Source: Candidatus Saccharicenans sp. (GTDB lineage: Bacteria; Acidobacteriota; Aminicenantia; Aminicenantales; Saccharicenantaceae). Taken from it: a DNA stretch of 64,000 nucleotides. The stretch spans positions 53,532-117,531 of the forward strand of contig JASEFX010000001.1 in NCBI GenBank assembly GCA_030018265.1, in the 5' to 3' direction. The notes below the pieces were generated by a model that ran no database searches, had not been told where the DNA came from, and saw nothing but the letters and a program-made list of their open reading frames with translations. The position numbers and the translations under genes were made by a program. Each line of letters starts with the position of its first letter. The stretch's first letter is position 1. Shown one piece after another: positions 8,531-18,048 of the stretch.

Positions 8531-10024
8531 TCAGTTGTTGATTTCTTTGATGTAGATGTTCCTGAAGTAAACTGGCGACAGGCTGTCGTGATTCTGCAGT
8601 CCGATGTAGCCTTCCCGGGCAAAATCCTTTACCTTGCCTCGAGGTTCTGCTTTCCAGTCGACCACCTTTTCCCCGTTGAGCTCGACGGTAATCCGGTCAC
8701 CTATGAAGGAAATCCGGAAATGATTCCACTCGCCGGTTGGCTTTGAAGCCAGGCGAGAGGGAGCCTGGGCGTCATAAACTGCACCGGTCATGTGGATGCC
8801 TTCACCGGCGTCATAAATCTGGATTTCGAATGAATGATAGATGTAATCGTCGCTGGTCGGGACTTCCGGCACACGGAGAAAAACGCCTGAATTGGTGTCT
8901 TTGCGGGAACATTTGAACTCCAGCTCGAGAACAAAATCCCTGAATTTTTTCCGGCTGTACCAGAGCAGGCCCATACCGCCCTGGGACTTCAGGATTCCGG
9001 TCTTCGGGTCTAGTTCAAAATAGCCAGGTCCGTAATGATTCCAGCCGTGTTTTTCATAACGGCCTCGATGCCGGCTGAGCAGCTGTTCGTAGCCTTCATA
9101 GTAGGTAACATCTTTTATGAACTCAATTCCCTTTTTTATCGCCGGTTCCGGAGTCATTACCTCCTTTTCGTTTTCGTATTCGACCGTCAGGAAACCGTCA
9201 TAATCCTGAAGGGTGAGCTCGGCCAGCACCTTCCTGATGTCTGCCCGGCCGCTTCCGAAAGCCACATCCTCCGCCATTTTCGTGCCAAAATCGCTGCGGT
9301 CCTTAAGATGCACATCGTAGATGCGGCCGGCTAACATTCTGAGACATTCAACCGGCAGCAGGTTTCCTCTCATCCAGTGGCCGGTGTCGGCGCAGACGCC
9401 AATTCTTTCATTGGCTTCCTTCAGGTATTTAAGAACTGTGGCCGGATGGGCATACTTGCTGGGTTCCGGGTGGTTGTGTATGGCCACTCTGAGGTCGTAT
9501 TCTTGGACCAGTTTGTTCAGGAGCGGATAATCTTCATCGCGGGGTTCGGTGACTATCACCCGGATCCCCAGTTTGCGGGCAAAATCGAAAACCTTCCTCA
9601 TTTCCTCTTCTGTGCGGCCGGTGTCAACCACGCCATAAGCCACCACGCTCATCTTCAGAGAATTGAGTTTCTCCCGCACGAGCTTTAAGTGCTGTTCGTC
9701 AAGGTTATGATTGAAGACGACGTTAGGCGGCAGATCCCTGGAAAGTCTCTGCCCGGGGTAAGCCTGAACGTAATCTATACCCAGAGCTTTAACCTTTTCC
9801 AGCGCTTCGAAAAAGGTGTAGCCGCGATAAGTCCAGCACTGCACCGCCAGCGGAAATTTTTTTATTCTGACTGAAGAATAATCCGTGCTGCTGACCTGCT
9901 TTTTTATTTCTTCCGGGATTATTTTTTCCTGCGCTCTGGTATGAAGCGCCAGGAAAAGGGAGCTTGTGGCCAGCAGACATAAAATCGCCAAAGCAGAAAC
10001 AAAGTTCCTTCTCTTTTGTCTCAT
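8531..10024 (-). CDS. Secreted fusion protein: sugar-phosphate isomerase/epimerase (xylose-isomerase-like TIM barrel) plus DUF1080 (3-keto-disaccharide-hydrolase-like) domain
   Basis: Start at ATG 10024 (MRQKRRNF) preceded by GGAGG, then a signal peptide. The N-terminal half has TIM-barrel blocks (GIDYVQAYPGQ, GIRVIVTEP, AIHNHPEP, DTGHW). The C-terminal half matches the DUF1080 pattern (NSGVFLR...FEIQIYD...GEWNHFRI...LNGEKV...GYIGLQNH...YFRNIYIKE). Confidence 0.6.
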   Translation of the reverse strand: MRQKRRNFVSALAILCLLATSSLFLALHTRAQEKIIPEEIKKQVSSTDYSSVRIKKFPLAVQCWTYRGYTFFEALEKVKALGIDYVQAYPGQRLSRDLPPNVVFNHNLDEQHLKLVREKLNSLKMSVVAYGVVDTGRTEEEMRKVFDFARKLGIRVIVTEPRDEDYPLLNKLVQEYDLRVAIHNHPEPSKYAHPATVLKYLKEANERIGVCADTGHWMRGNLLPVECLRMLAGRIYDVHLKDRSDFGTKMAEDVAFGSGRADIRKVLAELTLQDYDGFLTVEYENEKEVMTPEPAIKKGIEFIKDVTYYEGYEQLLSRHRGRYEKHGWNHYGPGYFELDPKTGILKSQGGMGLLWYSRKKFRDFVLELEFKCSRKDTNSGVFLRVPEVPTSDDYIYHSFEIQIYDAGEGIHMTGAVYDAQAPSRLASKPTGEWNHFRISFIGDRITVELNGEKVVDWKAEPRGKVKDFAREGYIGLQNHDSLSPVYFRNIYIKEINN

Positions 10025-10081
10025 ATTTGCCTCCGGCAAAATATTTTTTTCTTAATTATTAAGCAATGGCCGGATGAGCGA

Positions 10082-11338
10082 TTATTTCTTTCTCGGGTTC
10101 CACTGGCCCTTAGCCACGGCCGGCACAAAATTCTCCAGTCCCGGTGGAGGGAAGGGCAGCGTTTTGTCTTTCTCAATGCTCATGTAAGCAGTCATCAGCA
10201 GTTCGGTGACGTTCACACCGTCGCTGAAGTTTTCCATCGGACGGCGGCCCTCAAGGAACGATTCGACCATATGCCTGTTTTCGCTGGTGTAACCGTATTC
10301 ATGTTCCTCGCTGGCCACCACCGGCATCAGACCGACCTCGGCGTTCTGCTTTTCCACCAGGTCTTCGCCGGCTTTTCCTTTCACCCGGCGGCTGAAGAAA
10401 ACTTTCAGACCGGAGTCTAAAGTGTTAATCTGGAGCGAATATTCGGGGCCGAGAAGTTCCATCGTCAGACGCAGTCCGGCTCCGACGTAGCACCAGGAGG
10501 TGGTGGTCTCAACCACTAAAATATTTCCCTGTTTGTCGCGGTATTCGATAACCGAGCGGGCGAAATCTTCCGCCGGCCGGTTGGCGTAATCGAGGCGACC
10601 GCCGCTGATGCGCTTCAGGTGTTCGACGTATTCCGGAATCTGCCACTTCAGGCAGCTGGCGTAAGCGGTAACCTTCACCGGCGTCAGTTCATCCCGGCTG
10701 GCTCCGGGAGGCGTCAGCATGAACCGGGCTTCTTCCACTGAATGGCACATCATATCGTTAAGCACGCCGCCTCCCTGCAGTTCACCTTCCCAGAACCAGG
10801 GCATATGCGGTCCGCTGTGTTCCTCGGCTGCCCGGGCGAGGTAAGGACGGCCGCAAAGGCTGGCCCCGCGGGCCCAGATGATCTCTTTGCCGCGGACGAC
10901 TGCCGGAGCGAAAACCTGGTTTTCTAAGTAGCCATCGAGCAAGCCGGCTTTTTGCACCAGCTGGAGCATTTTCCTGGCTTCTTTCACGTTGCGGCCGAGT
11001 GGTTTCTCGCAGGTTACGCCGATGAGTTCGCCTTTTCCTTTGAGGACGGCTTCGGCAATCTCTTCCATGACTTCAATCCGGGTGTAATTCGGCGAGCAGA
11101 TCCAGATGGCGTCGATGTTCGGGTCGGCCACCATCTCGGTGATCGATTTGTAGGGCCTGGCTTCGCCCACCTTTAATTTGCGGGCGAGCGAAGCGGCTTC
11201 GCCAGCTCTTTTCTGGTCAGGGTCGTAAATGCCCAGGATGTCGGCGTTTCTAACTCCTACCCAGGACCTTATGTGGAATCTTGTTATAAAGCCTCCGCCA
11301 ATAAAACCCACACCGAGTGTTTTTTTGCGTTGCTTCAT
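10082..11338 (-). CDS. Gfo/Idh/MocA-family NAD(P)-dependent oxidoreductase
   Basis: N-terminal Rossmann fingerprint LGVGFIGGGFITRFH and overall Gfo/Idh/MocA layout (EKPL motif in VTCEKPLG). GGAG lies upstream of the ATG. Confidence 0.65.
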   Translation of the reverse strand: MKQRKKTLGVGFIGGGFITRFHIRSWVGVRNADILGIYDPDQKRAGEAASLARKLKVGEARPYKSITEMVADPNIDAIWICSPNYTRIEVMEEIAEAVLKGKGELIGVTCEKPLGRNVKEARKMLQLVQKAGLLDGYLENQVFAPAVVRGKEIIWARGASLCGRPYLARAAEEHSGPHMPWFWEGELQGGGVLNDMMCHSVEEARFMLTPPGASRDELTPVKVTAYASCLKWQIPEYVEHLKRISGGRLDYANRPAEDFARSVIEYRDKQGNILVVETTTSWCYVGAGLRLTMELLGPEYSLQINTLDSGLKVFFSRRVKGKAGEDLVEKQNAEVGLMPVVASEEHEYGYTSENRHMVESFLEGRRPMENFSDGVNVTELLMTAYMSIEKDKTLPFPPPGLENFVPAVAKGQWNPRKK

Positions 11339-11387
11339 CTTTGCTCTCCTTTTGTTTTTTTATTTTTATGTAAATATTTTTGCCCGA

Positions 11388-12608
11388 TCAAACAGTCGCG
11401 GCTTCAGTCCGGGTGCCGGCTTTATTTTCCCGGAAGAAGGCCAGGAAAATAATAAGACACAGCAGGGTGAGCACCGTCGGCACTAAGAATGTTCCCCGCC
11501 AGTTAACCACACCATCTCTGGTAAAGAGGTCCTGAATCCAGCCGCAGAACAGACTGCCGACAAAGTTGCCAAACCCGAGGATTATGGTGGCGATCAAACT
11601 CTGAGCTGAATGACGGATGTCACGGGGAGCGATGTTGTCGACGTAGATGTAAGCGGCGGTGAAGAAGAAAACGTAACAGAAGCCATGCAGCGCCAGCGAA
11701 GCGATCACCAGCCAGGAAGGCTGGCCTATGACGAAAATGATGTAGCGAATCGGCCAGGCTAAAATTCCCAGAGTCAGGGTCATTCTCATGCCGAATTTTT
11801 TAAGAGCCCAGCTGAGCATAAAAGCCATGACAAAGATTTCGGCTATCTGAGCGATGGTCATGACAAAAGATACAGATTTCTGACTGACCCCGACATGCTG
11901 GGTAAGGAAAGGAGAAGTAAGAACATAGTAAAACTGAAGTTCGGTGGCCACGACGAATGAAATGATGGCAAAAACCAGAAAGTTTTTGTCCTTGAGCATC
12001 TTCAGGGCTTCCAGAAAAGCCCAGGGCTTGGCCGCTTCTTTCTGCGGTGGGGTGTGGGGAAGACTGAAGGAATAAAGGCCCATGATGATGGAAAAAATCC
12101 CCGCTAAAATCAGGGTATCGCCCTTCATGGCGATTCCCTCGGGCGACTTTACCAGCCAGCGCCAGCCAGCCAGAGCCCAGCCGGCGGCAATCCAGCCGAT
12201 CGTACCCCAGACCCGGATTGCACCGAATTCTTTCTCCGGGTCTTTCAGGTTGACGAAGGCAATCGAATTCGTCAGGGCCAGGGTAGGAGCATAAACCAGG
12301 CAATAAAACAGCATCAGCCAGACCATCAGACGAAAATCGGTGACTCCGGCTATCAGGATCAGCAGCGCTCCACCCACCAGCTGCAGCACGGCTATTACCT
12401 TTTCGCTCGGGAAATAACGGTCAGCTATCTGACCGCCGAGGAACGGAGAGATGATGGTGGCCAGAGGCAGGAGACTGAAGATAATGCCGAGTTCCTTGCC
12501 GCTGAACCCCAGATTATTCTGAAGGTAAGCAGACAGCACCGGGGCCCAGGACCCCCAGATGGCATATTGCAGGAACATCATCGCGCTTAATCTGAATTTA
12601 ACACTCAT
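11388..12608 (-). CDS. MFS transporter, NupG/XapB-like (nucleoside/glycoside:H+ symporter family)
   Basis: Start moved to ATG 12608 (MSVKFRLSAMMFLQYAIWGSWAPVLSAYL...) with AAGGAGCG upstream. The LSFLQF..WGSW pattern is typical of the NupG family, and the protein has about 12 TM segments. Confidence 0.55.
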   Translation of the reverse strand: MSVKFRLSAMMFLQYAIWGSWAPVLSAYLQNNLGFSGKELGIIFSLLPLATIISPFLGGQIADRYFPSEKVIAVLQLVGGALLILIAGVTDFRLMVWLMLFYCLVYAPTLALTNSIAFVNLKDPEKEFGAIRVWGTIGWIAAGWALAGWRWLVKSPEGIAMKGDTLILAGIFSIIMGLYSFSLPHTPPQKEAAKPWAFLEALKMLKDKNFLVFAIISFVVATELQFYYVLTSPFLTQHVGVSQKSVSFVMTIAQIAEIFVMAFMLSWALKKFGMRMTLTLGILAWPIRYIIFVIGQPSWLVIASLALHGFCYVFFFTAAYIYVDNIAPRDIRHSAQSLIATIILGFGNFVGSLFCGWIQDLFTRDGVVNWRGTFLVPTVLTLLCLIIFLAFFRENKAGTRTEAATV

Positions 12609-12771
12609 CCGCACGCTCCTTTCCTTTAAATTTTTCTTATAAAGCAGATTATTTTTTTCGCTTTTTTTTGTCAACTTTTACTTCAGCTGGCAGAAAAAAT
12701 TTTATTGCTATTTTCTGTTCACTGTGATAGAAAATAAAAAAAGGCAAAGGAGGTCTCTCATTTCCATCACC

Positions 12772-13122
12772 ATGGAAAAAAGAAGAGAAAAAAGGCTTGA
12801 TGAGGAAAACAAGGTGGTTCTTTACGTTCTGGGAGAGAGCGGCCAGCCCCAGGAAGAATCTTTTTATTCGTTTTCCCGGGATATTTCGGTGGGCGGTTTA
12901 AGAATCATGACCGATCAGCCGCTTCCGGTAAAAACCAGGGTCAGACTGGAGATCGCTCTGAGCGAGACGAAAAAATTGATCACCGGAATAGCCGAAGTTC
13001 GCTGGGTGAAAAGTCTTTTTGATGAGGAAGTGTTTGAGATGGGTCTGGAATTTATTGAGCTCGACCCGCAGAGTCGTGTCCATCTGCTCGAACATGTTTA
13101 CCGGAAAGTTCTCTCTCGCTGA
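12772..13122 (+). CDS. PilZ-domain protein (c-di-GMP receptor-like)
   Basis: An RxxxR motif (RREKR) is followed by D-x-S-x-GG (DISVGG). The start is ambiguous. The ATG at 12772 lies 19 nt from AAGGAGG, while in-frame ATT or ATC codons sit closer to the RBS. Confidence 0.5.
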   Translation: MEKRREKRLDEENKVVLYVLGESGQPQEESFYSFSRDISVGGLRIMTDQPLPVKTRVRLEIALSETKKLITGIAEVRWVKSLFDEEVFEMGLEFIELDPQSRVHLLEHVYRKVLSR

Positions 13123-13208
13123 ACCCCTGAAAAAATCAGGTATAACTGAAAGACTTTAAACTTCTTTTCTGATTTCCGGGTTTAAGCGCATAATATAAGT
13201 GAGAAAAA

Positions 13209-15056
13209 ATGAAAAAGAGACTCTCTATCAACTGGCTTTTCTGGCTGGTTTTCTTCCTGCTGGTAGCAAGGGGAGTATCTTTTCTGGCGGCTGAAAGCAA
13301 AAATTATTATTTCCCTGAACTCAAAGCTGAGATTCACATCTGCGGCGACGGTTCTTTTGAGGTGGACGAATACCTGACCTTTGAGTTCCGCGGACAATTT
13401 TCCCGGGCTTCTCTCTGGATTCCGCTGAGAGCCAGGAAGAATTTAGACCTTCAGGTCAGCATTTGGGATTTTCGTGTCCGGGACGAGAACGGGCTGGACC
13501 TTCCGGTGGAATCAACCGTAGAAGACGGCATGTTTAGGGCAAGATGGCGATTTTCAGCCAGAAACGAGCGAAGGACATTCAGGATAACTTACCGTGTGAG
13601 GAACGGGATAATAAATTACCCGGAAATAAGCGAGCTGTACTGGCAGGTTATAGGAAGCGAGGTGGAACGCCCGACAGCCAGGGCTGAGATTTTCGTCCAT
13701 CTGCCTGAACCGGTGAGCCGGAAAGAAGATCTTCTGGTTTACGGTCATGGACCGCTTTCCGGAAGGGTGGAAATTATTGACCTTAAAACAGTGAGGTTTG
13801 AAGCCAGCAATATTCCAGCCGGACAGTTTCTGGAAATAAGGGTGGTCTGGCCGGCCGGGATGGTGCAGGGAGTTCCGGCTTCAGGTTATACGCTGGAAAA
13901 AATAAAAGAAGAGGAAGGCGCCTTTGTGGAAGAAACCATCCGGAAGGTGAAGCAGGCTCAGGAGAGAGAAGCCCGACAGGCAGAGATCTTGAAAAAGGTC
14001 GGGCTGATCTGGGCTGGATGGCAGATTATCGGGCCGCTTCTCTGGCTTCTGGTTTATTTTCATTTCTGGAAAAGGTACGGACGGGATTACCGCTTTGACG
14101 ACATTCCGGAATATTTCCGGGAGATGCCTTCGGCACTGCCGCCGGCTCTGGTCCAGGTGCTGATTAGAGAGGGAGAAAAGCCGCTGCCGGTTGCCTTTAC
14201 CGCCACCATTTTTGACCTGGCCACCAGAGGCTACCTGGCGATAGGAGAAGAGCAGATAGTAAAAAAGACGCTGCCGGGCACGAAAGCAATAAAAAAGACG
14301 GTTTTTCAGCTTAAGAAAAATTATAAAACTGACCCGTCACTCAGAGAATGGGAAAAAAAGACGCTCGATTACCTTTTTGACCGGGCCGGCCGTGAAGTGA
14401 GCTCGGGACAGCGGATTACTCTGGACGACCTGGTGGATTATATAAAGAAGAATCCGGCGGATTACCAGAGCTGGTTCCGTAAATGGCAGGAAGAGGTGTT
14501 TAAGGAAGGGAAAAAACTCGGGTTTGTCGAACCGCGCAGCTGGCGGCTGAGCCGCATTTTTCTGGCGGTCAGTCTGGTCGTCTCTATCCTCACTCTGTCA
14601 CCGGTACTTCTGGTCTTGAGCCTTGTGCTCTGTCCAAAGCTCAAGAGACGGCGTAAAGACTGGGCAAGAGAAAACGAGCTGTGGAAGGCGCTGGAAAGAT
14701 TTTTAGATGATTTTTCAGAGTTTTCTGAAACTCCCCCTGAAGCTTACAGGCTCTGGGAGAAGTATCTGGTTTTTGCCATCCTTTTCGGAAAGGCAAAAAA
14801 GCTCATCCGGATGCTGCCCAGGGTACTCGAGAGTGATCAGGCTGAGCCGGCGGTCTGGGTTGCGGGAATTCACGGAGCGGCGGTTGCCGGACGTCAGGTC
14901 AATTCGATCTCCGCAGCCATTTCTTCGATTGAGAGAGCCGCTTCAGCTCTGAGCCAGGCCAGCGCCCGGGCTGCTGCCAATTCCTCGGGTGGGGGAGGAG
15001 GCTTCAGCGGGGGAGGGGGAGGCGGCGGTGGTGGCGGCGGCGTTTCTGCCGGTTGA
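13209..15056 (+). CDS. DUF2207-family membrane protein
   Basis: Signal peptide, an extracytoplasmic N-terminal domain, central TM helices, a second TM cluster, and a Gly-rich C-terminal tail (SSGGGGGFSGGGGGGGGGGGVSAG). This is the DUF2207 architecture. Confidence 0.6.
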   Translation: MKKRLSINWLFWLVFFLLVARGVSFLAAESKNYYFPELKAEIHICGDGSFEVDEYLTFEFRGQFSRASLWIPLRARKNLDLQVSIWDFRVRDENGLDLPVESTVEDGMFRARWRFSARNERRTFRITYRVRNGIINYPEISELYWQVIGSEVERPTARAEIFVHLPEPVSRKEDLLVYGHGPLSGRVEIIDLKTVRFEASNIPAGQFLEIRVVWPAGMVQGVPASGYTLEKIKEEEGAFVEETIRKVKQAQEREARQAEILKKVGLIWAGWQIIGPLLWLLVYFHFWKRYGRDYRFDDIPEYFREMPSALPPALVQVLIREGEKPLPVAFTATIFDLATRGYLAIGEEQIVKKTLPGTKAIKKTVFQLKKNYKTDPSLREWEKKTLDYLFDRAGREVSSGQRITLDDLVDYIKKNPADYQSWFRKWQEEVFKEGKKLGFVEPRSWRLSRIFLAVSLVVSILTLSPVLLVLSLVLCPKLKRRRKDWARENELWKALERFLDDFSEFSETPPEAYRLWEKYLVFAILFGKAKKLIRMLPRVLESDQAEPAVWVAGIHGAAVAGRQVNSISAAISSIERAASALSQASARAAANSSGGGGGFSGGGGGGGGGGGVSAG

Positions 15057-15181
15057 GACATTGTCTTTTATAATGATTATAATTTTAGAATGATTTTAAG
15101 ATAAAAATTAAGATTTTCTCTTTTTTTTCTAATGAGGTCGGTTTCGGATTCGCCAGGAAAAAATAAGGTGAGACACTGAAG

Positions 15182-15715
15182 ATGTATTGGTCGCTTTCGA
15201 GAGAGAATTGCAGGTTGATGAAATGCCTGATGGCTACTGTGCTGGTCGGAGTTTTAATCTGGGCAGGCTGCGGAAAAGTTGACGAGACCGAAGAGATAAA
15301 AGAAAGGTTAAGAACGATAGCCAGTCAGGCGGAGAAAAAAGAATCAGGAAAAATTCTCAGTTTTCTGACTCCTGATTATCGTGATTTTCAGGGGCGCGAC
15401 CTCGAGCAAACTGCTGGATTGCTCGATTATTATTTCAAAAATTATCACGGGATTGCCATCCATTTGCTTGACATTTATGTAGACATCGATGGCCAGCGGG
15501 CGGAAGCGGAAGCAGACGTCCTTCTTTCTTCCGGACCGCTGGAAAGCCTGAGGCGGCTGATGGGCATCGTCGGAAGCTATTACCGTTTTGATTTCCAGCT
15601 GGAAAAATCTGGCGGACGCTGGCTGATTAAGAGCGCGGCCTGGAGAGAAATAGATTCGAGTCAGCTGTTGCCTGGATCGACCGTAATTTTGAGAAAATTG
15701 TTTCCTGAAAAATAA
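15182..15715 (+). CDS. Hypothetical lipoprotein
   Basis: AAGGTGAG RBS lies 9 nt before ATG 15182. A lipobox-like LIWAGC lies after a hydrophobic segment. No catalytic motif was found. An alternative in-frame start exists at 15218. Confidence 0.4.
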   Translation: MYWSLSRENCRLMKCLMATVLVGVLIWAGCGKVDETEEIKERLRTIASQAEKKESGKILSFLTPDYRDFQGRDLEQTAGLLDYYFKNYHGIAIHLLDIYVDIDGQRAEAEADVLLSSGPLESLRRLMGIVGSYYRFDFQLEKSGGRWLIKSAAWREIDSSQLLPGSTVILRKLFPEK

Positions 15716-15745
15716 TGAAAAATAATTTAATTCATGGAGGATAAA

Positions 15746-16003
15746 ATGACAGAAAAAACCAGATTCGAAGAATTCAGAGTAACCGGGTCAGAAATACTGG
15801 AAAAAATTAAGGAAATCATAAGGGAAGGCAATGCCCGTAGAATCATATTCAAGACAGAAGACGGTAAGACTTTTATGGAAATTCCCCTGACTGTGGGCAT
15901 AGTGGGCACGCTGATCGCCCCGGTCTGGGCAGCCATAGGAGCGGTGGCGGCGCTGGCTTCCAACCTGACGATCGTGGTGGAAAAGGAAACAGGGGAAAAA
16001 TAA
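15746..16003 (+). CDS. DUF4342-domain protein
   Basis: GGAGG RBS before ATG 15746. The sequence MTEKTRFEEFRVTGSEILEKIKEIIREGNARRIIFKTEDGKTFMEIPLTVGIVGTLIAPVWAAIGAVAAL matches the DUF4342 consensus. Confidence 0.55.
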   Translation: MTEKTRFEEFRVTGSEILEKIKEIIREGNARRIIFKTEDGKTFMEIPLTVGIVGTLIAPVWAAIGAVAALASNLTIVVEKETGEK

Positions 16004-16074
16004 GGTTTCTGATCGGTAAGAAGAATAATAAAGAGGAGAATTATACCTGCAATCATTTGAATGAGGATAAAAAA

Positions 16075-17139
16075 ATGAAAAGGAGAAATTTTTTTCTGAC
16101 CATGCTGGCCGGTGGTCTTCTTCCGGTGAAGTATTCTTCCGGCCTTCCCGGAATTGCATTAAAGAGCGCGAGCGCCAGCGATTCGGGACTTGAAGAAGTG
16201 TTAAACCGGGTTAAGATAGCGATGCTGACCATGCAGCGCCACGCCTGGGAGCAGGGTGTTGCCGCTCAGGCCCTTCTGGAACTCGGCGAGGAAAAACTGG
16301 TGATCATGATGGCCAGAGAAGCTGTTCTCAGACAGTGGGACGACGGAAGACTCGGGCAGGTCTGCGACAACCACGGGGTGACCGACCCGGGAGCCAACGG
16401 CGAAGCCGTTCTTTATGCCGGCCGGGTGCTTTCAGACAAACGGCTGCTGGAAGCGGCCAGAAAACAGACGGAATATTTTTTAAAAACAGCTCCCAGAACC
16501 CATGATGGAGTAATATTCCATCTGGATAATAAACAGCAACTCTGGATTGATTCGATGTACATGTGTCCCCCCTTTCTGGCGGTCATGGGCTACTACCGTG
16601 AAGCCATTTTTCAGGTTGAAGGGTTAAGGAAATATCTCTGGAATGAAAAGAAAAAACTCTTTTCTCATATCTATGACTACCAGGAAAAGAAATTTGAAAG
16701 ACAGGATTTCTGGGGTGTCGGCAACGGCTGGGCGGCGGCCGGGATGACCAGAGTCCTGCGGGCTCTGCCGGAAGAGATGAAAGAAGAAAAAGCAAAATTG
16801 AGGAAGTACATAAATGATCTCCTCGACGGCTGTCTCCGTTATCAACGCAAGGACGGTTTGTTCCATGACGTTCTCGACAATCCCCGGAGCTTTGTCGAAA
16901 CAAATCTTGCCCAGATGCTGGCCTACACCATCTACCGCAATGTACAGCTTGGATGGCTGGACTGGAAGTATCTGAGAAAGGCCGAGATGATGAGGGAGGC
17001 GGTCCATAAAAAAGTTGATTCTTACGGCTATGTTAACGATGTTTGCGGTTCACCTCTATTTCAATCGCCCGGGGTGGCTACAGAAGGTCAGGCTTTTTTC
17101 CTGCTGATGGAGGCGGCAAGAAGGGATCTGCTGGGTTAA
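16075..17139 (+). CDS. Unsaturated glucuronyl/rhamnogalacturonyl hydrolase (GH88/GH105 family) with a twin-arginine signal
   Basis: Start at ATG 16075 after GAGGA, then a Tat-type signal MKRRNFFLTMLAGGLLP. Conserved D.MYMCPPFL and WGVGNGWAAAGM blocks of the GH88/GH105 (YteR/UGL) family are present. Confidence 0.6.
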   Translation: MKRRNFFLTMLAGGLLPVKYSSGLPGIALKSASASDSGLEEVLNRVKIAMLTMQRHAWEQGVAAQALLELGEEKLVIMMAREAVLRQWDDGRLGQVCDNHGVTDPGANGEAVLYAGRVLSDKRLLEAARKQTEYFLKTAPRTHDGVIFHLDNKQQLWIDSMYMCPPFLAVMGYYREAIFQVEGLRKYLWNEKKKLFSHIYDYQEKKFERQDFWGVGNGWAAAGMTRVLRALPEEMKEEKAKLRKYINDLLDGCLRYQRKDGLFHDVLDNPRSFVETNLAQMLAYTIYRNVQLGWLDWKYLRKAEMMREAVHKKVDSYGYVNDVCGSPLFQSPGVATEGQAFFLLMEAARRDLLG

Positions 17140-17147
17140 CAACCCGG

Positions 17148-17591
17148 CTAATCGTTTGATTCCGGCCGCATGTTTTTTATAAAAGTTTCAATTCTTTCCC
17201 GGATTTGATCTCTTAAATCTCTTACCCGGTCCATTTTTTCGGACTCCGGAAGGTCATCCCGGGTGGGATCGGACATCGGCCAGTTGGTCACTCTTGAGAC
17301 TCCCGGAAAAATCGGGCATCGTTCGGCACTGGCCGGGTGGCAAAGCGTGATGACAAAGGCAAATAATTCGCCTGAAAGGTAAAGGTCAAAAACCTTTGTC
17401 GGTTGATGGCTGGAAATATCCACACCGACTTCCACCATGGCCTTTACGGCCAGAGGATTGAGGGGTGCGGCTTCAAAGCCTGCGCTGCGGGCCAGGAATT
17501 CTCCTGCGCCCAGATGGTTCAACCAGGCTTCGGCCATAGGGCTCCTCAGGCTGTTGTCGTCACATATGAAGAGAACTTTGATTTTATCCAT
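17148..17591 (-). CDS. arsC: Arsenate reductase, thioredoxin-coupled LMW-PTP type
   Basis: CX5R P-loop (VLFICDDNSLRSPMAEAW) plus two further Cys residues (LC...RC) about 75-85 residues downstream, as in Bacillus-type ArsC. Confidence 0.6.
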   Translation of the reverse strand: MDKIKVLFICDDNSLRSPMAEAWLNHLGAGEFLARSAGFEAAPLNPLAVKAMVEVGVDISSHQPTKVFDLYLSGELFAFVITLCHPASAERCPIFPGVSRVTNWPMSDPTRDDLPESEKMDRVRDLRDQIRERIETFIKNMRPESND

Positions 17592-17706
17592 CTTCTTCCT
17601 TACTCATAGAATCTTGTTTTTTTGTCGAAAAAAATTTATTTCAGGCAGGTTAATTTTCTGTTATCATAAAATTAAAATCCAGAAAAAAGTTTGATGTAAG
17701 GAGGGC

Positions 17707-17931
17707 ATGATGAAAAAGAATATGGGTGCGGCCGACCGGACGATAAGAACGATTCTGGCCATCGTCATGGCCGTGCTGGTTTTTGCCGGCCTGGTTAAGG
17801 GGACGTTAGCTTACATCCTGGCGATTCTAGCAGTGGTTTTCATAGCAACCAGTCTGTTCGGCTTCTGTCCACTGTACGTTCCGCTGGGCATTTCCACAAT
17901 CTGCCGGAAGGAAACCGAAAGCCAGAAGTAA
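17707..17931 (+). CDS. DUF2892 (YgaP-like) small membrane protein
   Basis: 74 aa. The sequence DRTIRTILAIVMAVLVFAGLVKG...ATSLFGFCPLYVPLGIST fits the DUF2892 pattern. AAGGAGGG RBS is present. Confidence 0.55.
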   Translation: MMKKNMGAADRTIRTILAIVMAVLVFAGLVKGTLAYILAILAVVFIATSLFGFCPLYVPLGISTICRKETESQK

Positions 17932-18048
17932 AAAATCTTTCAGAAAGCAAAGATTCAGCCAGAAAATCTCTATCTTAATTCGAAATTAAAGCAGAATTTT
18001 TTTGTTGTTTGTATAAGCGTAAATGTATAAAATGTAAAAGTCGCGTTC

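Noticed and set aside
11800-12303. 167-aa minus-strand ORF in another frame
   Set aside because: Embedded within the MFS transporter gene, which is on the same strand but in a different frame. The transporter frame gives about 12 TM helices and the NupG-like N-terminus, while this frame gives Arg/Gly/Pro-rich residue.
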